A stretch of DNA of 56,306 nt from Candidatus Woesearchaeota archaeon (GTDB lineage Archaea > Nanobdellota > Nanobdellia > SCGC-AAA011-G17 > GW2011-AR20): contig JACQNJ010000022.1 in assembly GCA_016203115.1 (NCBI GenBank), positions 1 to 56,306 on the forward strand, given 5' to 3'. The position numbers and the translations under genes are program-made. Positions 8,026-17,970 of the stretch are shown here, piece by piece (position 1 is the stretch's first letter; each line of letters begins with the position of its first letter). Below the pieces are notes generated by a model, which was not told where the DNA came from, did no database searches, and saw only the letters and a program-made list of their open reading frames with translations.

Positions 8026-8414
8026 TTGGGCTTGATAGTTCGTCCGTTATTGATTTCTTTAAGGGAGACAATTCTCTTAAAACTGCTTTAGAAAAGATAA
8101 ATGAACCATTAGCTCTTAATATTATAATTTACTCAGAAATAATGTTCGGTTTAGACCTGTCTAATGTTTCCTATAAAAAAGAAGAAATTTTTTATGATGG
8201 ATTTTTTGATTCTTTTTTAATTTTTGAATTAGACAGGAATTCTAGTAAAAAATCTTCTGAGGTTTTATGGCACCTGAAGAAAACAGGTAAAATTATTGGA
8301 CTATTTGACTGCACTATTGCAGGAATTTATTTAGCTAATGGTATCAATAAAATTCTAACTAAAAATAAAAAACACTTTGAAAAGATAAAAGGAATTCAAG
8401 TAATAAGCTATTAA
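8022..8414 (+). CDS. vapC: PIN-domain toxin
   Basis: 130 aa. N-terminus MIGLDSSSVIDF carries the first acidic residue of the PIN fold. Size and pairing with the upstream small ORF fit VapC. Confidence 0.7.
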   Translation: MIGLDSSSVIDFFKGDNSLKTALEKINEPLALNIIIYSEIMFGLDLSNVSYKKEEIFYDGFFDSFLIFELDRNSSKKSSEVLWHLKKTGKIIGLFDCTIAGIYLANGINKILTKNKKHFEKIKGIQVISY

Positions 8415-8453
8415 ATAGCAAATCCTTTTAAAATCTATTTTCTTAAAACTTTT

Positions 8454-10004
8454 ATGCTGTCCTTTGAAGAAAGAAAAAAAATAATTAGTGACTGGTTTAA
8501 AGATAAGTACAATATATTATTTGCAGTTATTTTACTTTTTGCTTTTATTTTGAGAATAAAGTATTTTGATATTAATGCATTATCTTTATGGTGGGATGAG
8601 GCTACATATTTGGCTTCTGGAAGATACTGGGCTTTTGGAGAGACATTATGGGCTGTTGAGGCTGCTAGACCCCCATTTTTTATGGTGTTAATAGCTTTGT
8701 TCTTCAAGCTTGGATTTAATGAGTTAATGGTAAGATTCTTCACTGTTGTTGTTCCTTCGCTGTTTATTGTTTTTTTTACTTATTTATTGGGAAAAGAACT
8801 TTATGACAAAAAAGTTGGGTTGATTGCTGCCTTATTAGCCAGCGTTTCATGGATGTTTTTGGTTAATATTGCAAGGGCGCATTCTGATTTATTGGCTGGT
8901 GCTTTAGGATTGGCTGCCATTTACTTTTTCTGGAAAGGATATGTAACTGAGGAAAAGAAAAATACTTTTTATTTATTTTTAACTGGAATATTTTTAGGTT
9001 TAGGATTTATGACTAGACTGTCAAATCTACTTATTATAGGGATTATAGGGATTTATTTAATTATTACAGAGCAGTATAGATTTCTTAAACACAAGCAAAT
9101 CGGGTATGCTGGGCTATTTACTTTTTTAGCTGTTCTGCCTTATCTTATCTGGAGCAAGTTTCATTATGGAAATTTTCTGGCTTGGCTAGGACAATATGGA
9201 GCGGGAGCAGAGGCAGCGGCTGCTAAACCTCTAGCATGGAATGTTTTTTCTGTGATTAAAATCTACCTATCCCCTTCGCTATTTTTTACTTCTGGACAAG
9301 ACTACATATTTTATATTTTATTTTTTGTTGGATTGGTTATTAGCTTGAAGTTTCTTTTAGGTATTGATATAGTTGTCAAAAATAAAAGCAAAGAATTGAA
9401 CGCTGATTTGATGACTATTTTAATGATTCTTGTCACCATTCTGTTTTTTGTGGTTATACAAAGGGATATAGGAGATCCGAGGTGGCAGATGTTTGCTGCT
9501 CCTGCGATATTTTTAGTTGTTGCCAGAGGGATAGTTTGGATATATGAAACTTTCAAAAAGCATTCTTCAATAGCTGTTGTTACAATTTTAGGAATTTTAT
9601 TGTTTATTGGGTCTGTCTCTCAGATTGCACAGGCTAGTGCTATTTTAAATGGTCAGAAAAATGATCAAGCAGGTATTAAAAGCGCTGCGGAATGGATTAA
9701 AGCTAATAGCCAAAAAGGACAATGGGTTTTAAGCAATAATATTCATGCTGAGATGACTTATTGGGCTGATAGACCTACGAGAAGTTTTGGTCTTTATGAT
9801 AATGGAACATTTGAAGTTATTAATGAGCTGAAACCTGCTTATTTAGTTGTTACTGGGTACTTTCAATCTTTACCTTGGACTTATGAATATCCTGGAAAAT
9901 ATCCTGAAAGATTTGAGCCTGTTGCTGCATTTGATGCTGAAGGAAAACCTATTACAAACCAAGAACAGAGACCTATTATTATGGTTTATAAGATTAAATA
10001 TTAA
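8454..10004 (+). CDS. GT-C fold membrane glycosyltransferase (GT39/GT83, ArnT/PMT-like)
   Basis: 516 aa with >10 predicted TM segments. The first-loop motif LWWDEATYL is typical of the PMT_2/ArnT family. A soluble C-terminal domain follows. Confidence 0.75.
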   Translation: MLSFEERKKIISDWFKDKYNILFAVILLFAFILRIKYFDINALSLWWDEATYLASGRYWAFGETLWAVEAARPPFFMVLIALFFKLGFNELMVRFFTVVVPSLFIVFFTYLLGKELYDKKVGLIAALLASVSWMFLVNIARAHSDLLAGALGLAAIYFFWKGYVTEEKKNTFYLFLTGIFLGLGFMTRLSNLLIIGIIGIYLIITEQYRFLKHKQIGYAGLFTFLAVLPYLIWSKFHYGNFLAWLGQYGAGAEAAAAKPLAWNVFSVIKIYLSPSLFFTSGQDYIFYILFFVGLVISLKFLLGIDIVVKNKSKELNADLMTILMILVTILFFVVIQRDIGDPRWQMFAAPAIFLVVARGIVWIYETFKKHSSIAVVTILGILLFIGSVSQIAQASAILNGQKNDQAGIKSAAEWIKANSQKGQWVLSNNIHAEMTYWADRPTRSFGLYDNGTFEVINELKPAYLVVTGYFQSLPWTYEYPGKYPERFEPVAAFDAEGKPITNQEQRPIIMVYKIKY

Positions 10005-10106
10005 AGAAGGGGGATTATCCCATAATGAATTTTCCAGTCTCTAAGTGTTGTTTAAACAATTCTACTGGATATCTATGCATCTCTACGAAATGTTCTGGCA
10101 AATGAT

Positions 10107-10697
10107 CTATATTAAAGAATTTAATTCCAACCCTTCTTGTTCTGTGTCCCTTGTTAGATTTGGGTTTCCTTCGTATGATATAACTCTGTAAAGATTATCC
10201 CTTCCTATTATCCTATCTCCGTTAGGGTATGTGTGAGTACATCTAGCCAAATTACTCGTTCTCGCTATCATTTCTATCCCAGTTATAGTTATTCCCAATT
10301 CTTCTCTCGCTTCTCTTATAAAAGCTGAGGCTTCATCAGTGTCATCTGCATTTACAAATCCCGAAGGTATCCCCCATTCTCCACCGTCTCCTCTGCGTTG
10401 TAATAATATCCAGTGCGGCTCGTAATCAGGCCCATGAGTATTATCAACCCCCATAGGGACCATCCCTCTAACACCACTATTCGGCATTAAATTGCCAGGA
10501 CCATATCCTTTGAACCTCATAATATTTTGTGTAGCTAAGTTAGCTGAGTCTACACCTAATTGCGGAAGAACTAACCTATCCAGTTCATCCCTTAATTCAA
10601 AAACCGATTCTAAGTATTGTCTTACACTTAGCTTATCCCCCCTAGCTAAGGCTTCTTGAAATTCAGCGTATAATATACCTATTTGTTTTTCAAACAT
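10107..10697 (-). CDS. Nudix-like hydrolase with N-terminal helical extension; compositionally atypical
   Basis: FIREAREELGI matches REUxEExGU, but the upstream half of the box is imperfect. Local GC is clearly higher than the surroundings (31/60 G+C counted at 10381-10440). Confidence 0.55.
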   Translation of the reverse strand: MFEKQIGILYAEFQEALARGDKLSVRQYLESVFELRDELDRLVLPQLGVDSANLATQNIMRFKGYGPGNLMPNSGVRGMVPMGVDNTHGPDYEPHWILLQRRGDGGEWGIPSGFVNADDTDEASAFIREAREELGITITGIEMIARTSNLARCTHTYPNGDRIIGRDNLYRVISYEGNPNLTRDTEQEGLELNSLI

Positions 10698-10787
10698 TTT
10701 AATTTCTACTAAATTATTCCTCTTTTTTCTCTCTTATAAGTAGTATAAATAGAAAACCTTAAAAAGTTGTTTATTCTATTAACTAAA

Positions 10788-11111
10788 ATGAATGAACTAA
10801 ATGATGGAAGAAGAGATGAACCTCGTGTTGAAGATACTGTGAGGAATGATTTTCCAAGGGATGCAACTGTTGAAGAGAGAAAAGGAGTTATACATGCTAC
10901 TGATGGTTCTTTTAAAATTCTTTATCCTAACAAGAGAGAAAATCCAGATGGGTCTGTTACTGTAGATGGAACTGTCAAATGGGGAGATAGTAGTGGATGC
11001 ACAGCAAGAGCAAGCTTTCATGGAACTATTCCAAGAGATGCTAGAAAGGAATGGATTGGAGATAGGAATGAAGGATACTGGGCCCCTAGAAGAGAAAAAC
11101 AATATCCTTAA
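10788..11111 (+). CDS. hypothetical protein (107 aa from the first ATG)
   Basis: The track ORF begins at a TTG (10767); the first ATG is at 10788. Charged, Asp/Arg/Gly-rich, with no motif recognised. Divergent from the atypical Nudix gene and shares its elevated GC. Confidence 0.35.
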   Translation: MNELNDGRRDEPRVEDTVRNDFPRDATVEERKGVIHATDGSFKILYPNKRENPDGSVTVDGTVKWGDSSGCTARASFHGTIPRDARKEWIGDRNEGYWAPRREKQYP

Positions 11112-12635
11112 CTAAGCTAAATCATCCTCATCTTTAATGAATACAGAACTAACTTTTTGATTGACTAAATTTTTAACAATTTTAGCACTATACCTAATTT
11201 CTTCAAGAGACCTATTTTTTGTTAAAACATTATCCATAATAAATCTCGGGCTTGTCAAGGATTTCATTTTGTGGCTCATAAATTCTGCATAAGCCTGCCT
11301 TTGTATCTCTTGTAATTGGCTTCCAGTAAAGTAATGTGTTCTGTATTGAGATGCACCTAAGCTACTTGACCCTTTTATTCCTTCGTCAAGCAAGCCTTCT
11401 TTTTCAAACCTCTCATAAAGAGGAGTTCCAGCATAAGGCTGAGCTACATAAAATTGTGCAAAATCTAATCCTGAACTTTTAGCAAATTCAATTGTATCTC
11501 TAATGTGTTTTTTAGTTTCATGTGGAAATCCAATAAGAAAAGTTGAGCAAGTCCAGATACCAAGTTTATGACAAGTTTTTATTATTTTTTTAGCATACTT
11601 TAAGTTTATAGGCTTGTCAATATATTTCAGAGTTTCTTCATTTCCTGATTCAATCCCAAAAATGGCCAAGTAATAACCAGCTTTCTTCATTAAAGTTAAT
11701 ATTTCCTCATTTAGAGTCCAAATAGCAATACCATTAGGTGTATACCACTTAATGTCCAGCTTTCTTTTTATTATTTCTTCACAGATTTCCTTTATTCTTT
11801 TAGAAGAAACAGCTAGATTGTCATCTTGAATTCTGAATTGCCTTACATTATAATTTTTAACTATATGCTCTATTTCATCTACTACATTCTTAGGGGATCT
11901 ACTTCTCCAAACCCTTCCCCATACTGTAAAAATTGAGCAGAAGGAGCAGTGTTGAGGACAACCCCTGCTTGTGATAATATCCGTGCTTCTTTCTCTCATT
12001 GCCCATAAAATGCTATCAGGATGTTTAATATAACGCTCCATAGGCAATAGATGGCGAGCTGGAAATGGAAGTTCATCTAAATTTTTTATGAATTCTCTGG
12101 GCTTGTTTTTTATTGGACCTTCTTTACCTCTAATTATTGTTCCTTCTATTTCTGTTAAAGATTCTTTATTTTCATATTTTGAAACTACTTCATTAAATGT
12201 AAATTCACCTTCTCCATAAACGATAAGATCAACATTTGGATTTTTTAATACTGATGAAGGATTTGCTGAGGAATGAGCCCCCCCAAAAACAACTAAGCAA
12301 TTTGGATTGAGTTTTTTAGCCAAATCTGCTATTTCAAAAGCATCCTGCTCATAAGCTGTGTAACCACAGTTAATACCCACAACATCAGGCATAATTTCTT
12401 TCATTCTTTTTTCTATTTCTGGATAGTCTAAACCAACATGATACATGTTTTTTCCTATTTTTTTAACTTGATCATAATATGCCAGAGCATCTATAATCCT
12501 GACAAAGAAGCCTTGTTTTTCTAGGTATGCTGCCAAGTAAGCTGCACCTAAAGGAATTTTTACATTTCTGATTCCTGCTCTTAAATCACCTCTTAATGGA
12601 GGAATTACAAAAAGAACTCTTGTCTTTTTATTCAT
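11112..12635 (-). CDS. B12-binding-domain radical SAM enzyme (class B)
   Basis: N-terminal Rossmann-like B12-binding region (VLFVIPP...VVGINCGYT...VVFGGAHSS...VYGEGE), followed by the CxxxCxxC motif SRGCPQHCSFCS. Confidence 0.85.
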   Translation of the reverse strand: MNKKTRVLFVIPPLRGDLRAGIRNVKIPLGAAYLAAYLEKQGFFVRIIDALAYYDQVKKIGKNMYHVGLDYPEIEKRMKEIMPDVVGINCGYTAYEQDAFEIADLAKKLNPNCLVVFGGAHSSANPSSVLKNPNVDLIVYGEGEFTFNEVVSKYENKESLTEIEGTIIRGKEGPIKNKPREFIKNLDELPFPARHLLPMERYIKHPDSILWAMRERSTDIITSRGCPQHCSFCSIFTVWGRVWRSRSPKNVVDEIEHIVKNYNVRQFRIQDDNLAVSSKRIKEICEEIIKRKLDIKWYTPNGIAIWTLNEEILTLMKKAGYYLAIFGIESGNEETLKYIDKPINLKYAKKIIKTCHKLGIWTCSTFLIGFPHETKKHIRDTIEFAKSSGLDFAQFYVAQPYAGTPLYERFEKEGLLDEGIKGSSSLGASQYRTHYFTGSQLQEIQRQAYAEFMSHKMKSLTSPRFIMDNVLTKNRSLEEIRYSAKIVKNLVNQKVSSVFIKDEDDLA

Positions 12636-12656
12636 TTTATTCTATAAACATTAGTC

Positions 12657-13631
12657 CTATATAAGTTTTCTGAATTTATCTTGAATCCATACCTTTCCAT
12701 AAATTAATGTTATTAGGAAAACAGATGGAGCATGCAATAGCCATGCTTTTTCTTTTGTTTTTAAATAATTATTAACAGAAACGATAAAATTCGGCAATAT
12801 TGTTAATGATTTTATCAGGAACAGAATAAATATTCTGTATTCATTAAATGTTCTTGGCTCCCATGAATAATTTCTGTTTTCAATGTTCTTAGACCTCTGA
12901 TGCGCTGCCCAGTAATGCCTTTTTCTTAAAAATTGGGAAAATGAAGTTACTGTTGCATGGTGTGTATAAGCATGTTTTGGTATTGCCAACTTGTTTTTTT
13001 CTTTTTCTGCTAATCTGTAAATCATTTCTACATCCTGAGTATAGCCCCCAATGTCATCTAAAAGTTTTTTTCTTACTATGAAACAATTGCCTCCAGTACA
13101 TAAGCAATTTTCAGTTTTTATTTTGTAGGTATAGTATTTTTCTTCATCCTTTAATTTGATTTTATTTAAAGCCATTCTTCCTTCTATAGATCTATAAACT
13201 GCAAAAGGATCTGTACCGACCAAACTTAAGTATCTATTAGTGATATTATCCTCTTTTTTTACTTTTAATTTGCAAGCTACACCAAAAATTTCTTTGTCTT
13301 TCGTTAAAGGCTCAACCATGTTTAAAAGCCAAGAAACGCCTTGAACTTCATTGTCCTGGTCTACAAATGCTATTAATTCATTTTTTGCTTTTTGAACTGC
13401 CTGATCTTTTCCCATGCCCTTGCCCTCAGGGAATCTTTTTTTATTATGCAAAAGTTTAACAGGATATTTTTTTAGTAATTCCAAAGTTCCATCTGTGCTT
13501 CCACCATCTATTGTGATAATTTCAATCTTGTTTTTCGGGTATTTTTGAGAGAGAATTGAGTCTAAACAGCGTTTTACAAGAACCTTATCATTATAAGTTG
13601 GGATAATAAAACTAATTGTTGGCAATTTCAT
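12657..13631 (-). CDS. GT2-family glycosyltransferase
   Basis: SFIIPTYNDKVLVKRCLDSILSQ, DGGSTDGT and AFVDQDN. Confidence 0.8.
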   Translation of the reverse strand: MKLPTISFIIPTYNDKVLVKRCLDSILSQKYPKNKIEIITIDGGSTDGTLELLKKYPVKLLHNKKRFPEGKGMGKDQAVQKAKNELIAFVDQDNEVQGVSWLLNMVEPLTKDKEIFGVACKLKVKKEDNITNRYLSLVGTDPFAVYRSIEGRMALNKIKLKDEEKYYTYKIKTENCLCTGGNCFIVRKKLLDDIGGYTQDVEMIYRLAEKEKNKLAIPKHAYTHHATVTSFSQFLRKRHYWAAHQRSKNIENRNYSWEPRTFNEYRIFILFLIKSLTILPNFIVSVNNYLKTKEKAWLLHAPSVFLITLIYGKVWIQDKFRKLI

Positions 13632-13655
13632 ATGAATAATAGAAAAATAAGAATT

Positions 13656-14786
13656 TTAATGCTTTCTATGGGTTAATTTCTGCACTATTGGTATTTTGTT
13701 GATGAATTTGTATTTCTCATAAAGAACGCTTTCATTTACACCACAGGATGCGCAAATGCCCACTCTTTTTTTGATTAATTGCTTTCTGAATGCTTGAGCT
13801 TTTTCATTGTTCCATATTTTCATGAAAGGCTCCTCAAAAACATTGCCAAAGACTATTTCATTTTCAGCGTAAAAATCACATGGGCATACATTGCCATCCC
13901 AGGTAATATAAGGGGTATACCAAGGCAAGAAGCATGCTGACATCATATTATGGCCTTTATTTACACTTTCCCCTTTAATATTTTCAAAGTTATAGAGGAA
14001 GTTAACTAAGTTTCCTATTCTCACCTCAGTCTTTATTTCCTTCAATGCCTCTATAGTTTCTTTCCTTACTTTTTTAACATCTTCTGGAGAGCAAGAATCC
14101 AAGCCAATCTCTTTATTTTCATTCATGCCTAAACGAATAACGAAAGTTCCATTTATTGAATCAACCCCAATCTTGTCTGCCCATCTTAGATATTCTGGAA
14201 GCTGCATTAAGTTTTCCTGCTGGACAACCATGAAAGTATGGATTTTCGTGTCTTCTTTTTTCAATTCTTTCTTTAATTTGACAAAGTCTTCTGTATTTTT
14301 AATAACTGTTTCAAAATTTGCCCTTACTCTTATTTTTTCAAATGTTTCTTTTTTCATGCCATCAATTGAAATTGATAATATGCTAGGAGAAGCATTTAAC
14401 ATCTTTATTCCATTTTCCCTGTTCAATAAAGTAGCATTTGTATCAATCTTTACAAATGTTCTTTTTGATCTTGCATGCGTGATTATTTTAAAGATGTCTT
14501 TATTAAGGAAAGGTTCTCCTATTCCTGTTAAGTTTAAGTAACAGGGATAAATCTGGTCAAAAATATGCCTGTAGTTTTCATAGGATAAAGACCCTATTGG
14601 CCTCTTCAAACCAACTCCATGTGGGCACATGTTACATCTTAAATTGCAAACAGTTGTGTTTTCTAGTTTCAACTTAAATGGTGTTGGAGCTGTTGGAGCG
14701 GAGCGCATTGCATACCATGCATTTTCTAGGACTCTCTGTGGATACCTCCATGAAATACTTCTCCTAAGAATATGAGTATATAGCAT
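13656..14786 (-). CDS. radical SAM enzyme with C-terminal SPASM/twitch-type Cys-rich domain
   Basis: TTVCNLRCNMCPHG (CxxxCxxC) and GIGEPFL. The C-terminal Cys cluster is CFLPW...GNVCPCDF...GICASCG. Confidence 0.8.
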   Translation of the reverse strand: MLYTHILRRSISWRYPQRVLENAWYAMRSAPTAPTPFKLKLENTTVCNLRCNMCPHGVGLKRPIGSLSYENYRHIFDQIYPCYLNLTGIGEPFLNKDIFKIITHARSKRTFVKIDTNATLLNRENGIKMLNASPSILSISIDGMKKETFEKIRVRANFETVIKNTEDFVKLKKELKKEDTKIHTFMVVQQENLMQLPEYLRWADKIGVDSINGTFVIRLGMNENKEIGLDSCSPEDVKKVRKETIEALKEIKTEVRIGNLVNFLYNFENIKGESVNKGHNMMSACFLPWYTPYITWDGNVCPCDFYAENEIVFGNVFEEPFMKIWNNEKAQAFRKQLIKKRVGICASCGVNESVLYEKYKFINKIPIVQKLTHRKH

Positions 14787-15640
14787 TATTTATTTAACCC
14801 CTTTATAAAACTCATAGGTTTATAATTTAAATCTCTTTCTGCAGGCTTTATACTTCCTGTTGTGCCAGATTTAACGCTTAATACAAAGGTTCTCTTTAAT
14901 GGAAAATTTTTAGTTACTAGAGAACCTATTGAGCTTATAGGCAAGCAGATGGACAAAGGTATATGAACTTTTCGCTTTCTAATGTTATATTTTTTACAAA
15001 CTGTATCTATAAACTCATTAAAGGTTAATTCTGTTTTTCCTAGGATATCATATGCTTTATTTATGGATTTCTTGTTGTTAATGCATGAGAGAATAGCGTT
15101 TACTACATCGTCTACATGAACCGGCCTGAATTTGTATTCTCCATCCCCCACAATAGGGATTACTTTAAACTTGTGGAGAAAACTCAACAATTTTTCCATG
15201 CTGTTGCTGTCTTTCCCATAAATGAAAGATGGCCTTAAAATTGTGAGCTCCAAACCAGAGTTTAGCAGTAATCTTTCTGCTTCTGATTTGCTTTTACCAT
15301 AATCATCCAGATGTGTTTTTGTGGATGCCATAGAACTTACAAAAATTATCCTTCTTACTTTATTTTTTTTGCAGGCTTCTATAAGATTCCTTGTTCCTTC
15401 TACGTTGACTTTTTGATATTCTTCCTTGTCCTTAGGGTCTATCGCAGCTGCTAAATGGATAACAACTTTTGCATTTTTAGTAAATGATTCTAATGCCTTT
15501 TTATCTGCAAGATCTCCTTTAGTAATATTTACTTTAAATCTAGGATATTCTTTTCTAATCAGGCATTTTACTGGTTTTCCTTTTAACTTTGCTATCAAAT
15601 GCCTTCCCAGAAACCCTGTTGCCCCTGTTATGGCGATCAT
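14786..15640 (-). CDS. NAD-dependent sugar epimerase/dehydratase (extended SDR)
   Basis: MIAITGATGFLGRHL (GxxGxxG) and YGKSK (YxxxK). Confidence 0.8.
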   Translation of the reverse strand: MIAITGATGFLGRHLIAKLKGKPVKCLIRKEYPRFKVNITKGDLADKKALESFTKNAKVVIHLAAAIDPKDKEEYQKVNVEGTRNLIEACKKNKVRRIIFVSSMASTKTHLDDYGKSKSEAERLLLNSGLELTILRPSFIYGKDSNSMEKLLSFLHKFKVIPIVGDGEYKFRPVHVDDVVNAILSCINNKKSINKAYDILGKTELTFNEFIDTVCKKYNIRKRKVHIPLSICLPISSIGSLVTKNFPLKRTFVLSVKSGTTGSIKPAERDLNYKPMSFIKGLNK

Positions 15641-17043
15641 CTTGCAGATACAGTTAAAAATTCTTTTAATTTGAAAGTAAATTTATTATTTTTGAAATGG
15701 TCGAAAAATTGATCGTACATTTGCCTTCTTAAGAAGAATCTTTGCTGATTGATGAAGTATCTTGTCTGCTCATATGCATTTTCTTTGTAGAATTCACTCC
15801 ACAAAACTGAGATAGGAACTTTTGAAATATTTGCATGATGGCCTAGAACTCCAAAAGTGACATATTCTTTTAATGATTTTGGCATTTCCAATTTGTGCTC
15901 CCTCAAGCATAAATCAAAATAAGGTGTGCCGGGAAAAGGCCTGTAAATTTGCAATAAATTCTGATCTGCTGAAATCCCTTTCATGAATTTTTTTGTTAAG
16001 TTTATTTCTCCTAAAGTTTCATCTGGGTGCCCCATCATGTAGGTAACTGTAACCATAACTCCACTGTCTCTAAGTTTTTTAGTGATTTTTTTTGCCTTTT
16101 CTAAGTTTATGGTTTTGCCGAGCATTTTCTGGATTCTTGGGCTTCCTGACTCGCAGCCAAGCATTATTCCTTCACAGCCTGCATCTGCGATTAAATCCAC
16201 CATTTTTTCTGTCATGACGTCAAACCTGCTTACTGTGTGCCATCCAACTTTTCTTCCTGATTCTTTTATCTCTTTTACAAACTGCTCTGTAAATGACTGA
16301 TTAGTTAAATGCATGTCCCCTCCAACATCCATTCTTGAAATATGCTTTTTCGTCAAGCTTTTTACATAATCAAACTGCTCTAGAATCCTTTTAGCACTTA
16401 TATTCCTGAATTTTCCACCGTAACTTTTTACATCTTCATTTGCATGATGACAGAAGCCGCATTTGTAAGGACAACCACGATTTGATTCTAGCAAAACGTA
16501 ATTGTGCTTAGAATAAGGAAAATATTTGTCTATATCTTTGATTAAATCCCATGCAGGCATAGGCTTTGATTCTATGTCTATAAATTTGTCCTGTGGGGGA
16601 GTTATTTTTACTTTTCCATTTATTTTTAATCCCATTCCTTTTGGTTCTTGAGCATTTCCATTAAGATAAGCTAAATATTCTTCTAATGCATATTCTCCTT
16701 CCCCTATTATTACTGCGTCTATTGTTGGGTGGCTTAATGTTAAATGAGGCAAGATAGTTGAGTGAGGACCTCCCCATACAACTTTTTTACCAAGCTCCTT
16801 AGCAATGTCACTTACCATTATTGCTCTTGTTAATCCTGGACCCGTTAGAACCCCTACAGCTACTAAGTCTGGATTGAATTTAGAAATATCTTTTTTTACC
16901 TTATCTTTTGTTATTTTCAATCCAGAATAGTCTATTACAGATACATCAAACCCCTTTTCCCTTATATAAGAGGCTACGCTGATTATACCTAATGGAGGGT
17001 AAGCTCCAAATTCAGTTGCAGGAGCAATAAAGAGAATTTTCAT
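15637..17043 (-). CDS. B12-binding-domain radical SAM enzyme (class B), second copy
   Basis: KILFIAP...LVAVGVLTGPG...VVWGGPHST...IIGEGE, followed by SNRGCPYKCGFCHH. Confidence 0.85.
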   Translation of the reverse strand: MKILFIAPATEFGAYPPLGIISVASYIREKGFDVSVIDYSGLKITKDKVKKDISKFNPDLVAVGVLTGPGLTRAIMVSDIAKELGKKVVWGGPHSTILPHLTLSHPTIDAVIIGEGEYALEEYLAYLNGNAQEPKGMGLKINGKVKITPPQDKFIDIESKPMPAWDLIKDIDKYFPYSKHNYVLLESNRGCPYKCGFCHHANEDVKSYGGKFRNISAKRILEQFDYVKSLTKKHISRMDVGGDMHLTNQSFTEQFVKEIKESGRKVGWHTVSRFDVMTEKMVDLIADAGCEGIMLGCESGSPRIQKMLGKTINLEKAKKITKKLRDSGVMVTVTYMMGHPDETLGEINLTKKFMKGISADQNLLQIYRPFPGTPYFDLCLREHKLEMPKSLKEYVTFGVLGHHANISKVPISVLWSEFYKENAYEQTRYFINQQRFFLRRQMYDQFFDHFKNNKFTFKLKEFLTVSAR

Positions 17044-17073
17044 GAAGATATCAGCATTAAAAGCTATTTAAAT

Positions 17074-17970
17074 CTATTTCTTTAGCATTGAATAGAGTAT
17101 GCCTAATCCGTAAGAAAGGTGGATGGAGAGGAAAATAAAGGGGAGTATTGGGAAGTAGAGAATATTTTTTCTTAAAGAAATTGATAATGAAAATATAATG
17201 GCTATGAGTGTATAAAGAGCAAGAGGAAATAAAAATATTTTGTGGATTAAACCCAAAGGGATTACTAAGAGGAAGTATATAGTAAACAAAGGCGGGATGA
17301 GAAAAACTATGCCTATCTTCTTTTTGTTTATTCTTTCTTTTAATACTCTTACTTGGCCATACCGAAAGATTTGCTTGCAGAAAAGGTAATAATCACTTCT
17401 TCTTCTGTGATATATTATAAGAGAAGGAGAGAAGGCCACTTTTATCCCATTTTGCTTCATTCTAGTTATTAATTCCGGATCTTCTCCTGGAAACAACAGA
17501 GGATCAAAACCTTTTATTCTTTTGAACACTTTTCTTCTCACAAAAAAGTTTGCTGAAGTTAAGCTGTCTTCATCTGCATCAAGATTTAACTCTCCTGTTT
17601 TGTACCTGTTTCTCATTGTATACGCACCGAAAAATGAAGAAAGGGCATGCCCTGTAGCTTTGGCAAAGAACCCATCATTTTGAGGCGTTAATTGCGGACC
17701 ACCAACTACATCTATTTCTTTGTGATTATTAAAAAATTCCTCTGCATTTTTAAGAATATTTTTATCAACTATAGCGTCATCATCAATGAAAGCTATTATC
17801 TCCCCTTTTGCTTTTTGTATCCCCTTATTGCGGTTTTCAGATGGATTTTTTCCTGTTTCAACTATGATCTCATATTTTTTAGGGTCATAGCCTGTTGATT
17901 TTAAAGAATCTAGAACTTCTATTTTCCTCTCTGGCGCCAAAGCTATGACTATTGAAAATTTATATGACAT
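17074..17970 (-). CDS. GT2-family glycosyltransferase with C-terminal TM segments
   Basis: FSIVIALAPE..., AFIDDDA, and a hydrophobic C-terminal ~90 aa. Confidence 0.8.
   Translation of the reverse strand: MSYKFSIVIALAPERKIEVLDSLKSTGYDPKKYEIIVETGKNPSENRNKGIQKAKGEIIAFIDDDAIVDKNILKNAEEFFNNHKEIDVVGGPQLTPQNDGFFAKATGHALSSFFGAYTMRNRYKTGELNLDADEDSLTSANFFVRRKVFKRIKGFDPLLFPGEDPELITRMKQNGIKVAFSPSLIIYHRRRSDYYLFCKQIFRYGQVRVLKERINKKKIGIVFLIPPLFTIYFLLVIPLGLIHKIFLFPLALYTLIAIIFSLSISLRKNILYFPILPFIFLSIHLSYGLGILYSMLKK

Noticed and set aside
14125-14541. Antisense ORFs inside long genes (also 690..878, 5049..5276, 10797..11102, 16082..16300, 22022..22327, 28096..28401, 33874..34188, 35405..35767, 50875..51201 and similar)
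   Set aside because: Each lies entirely within a gene that has strong family motifs on the other strand. Their translations are low-complexity (Ser/Leu/Phe/Ile-rich), as expected from antisense reading of AT-rich coding DNA.
11112-17043. Radical SAM genes as a RiPP maturation cluster or as tetraether-lipid (GDGT ring/bridge) enzymes
   Set aside because: Intergenic gaps are 30 nt or less, leaving no room for a precursor peptide. The genes are translationally linked to glycosyltransferases, a flippase and a sugar epimerase, so sugar modification is the more parsimonious context. The alternatives are not excluded without profile searches.
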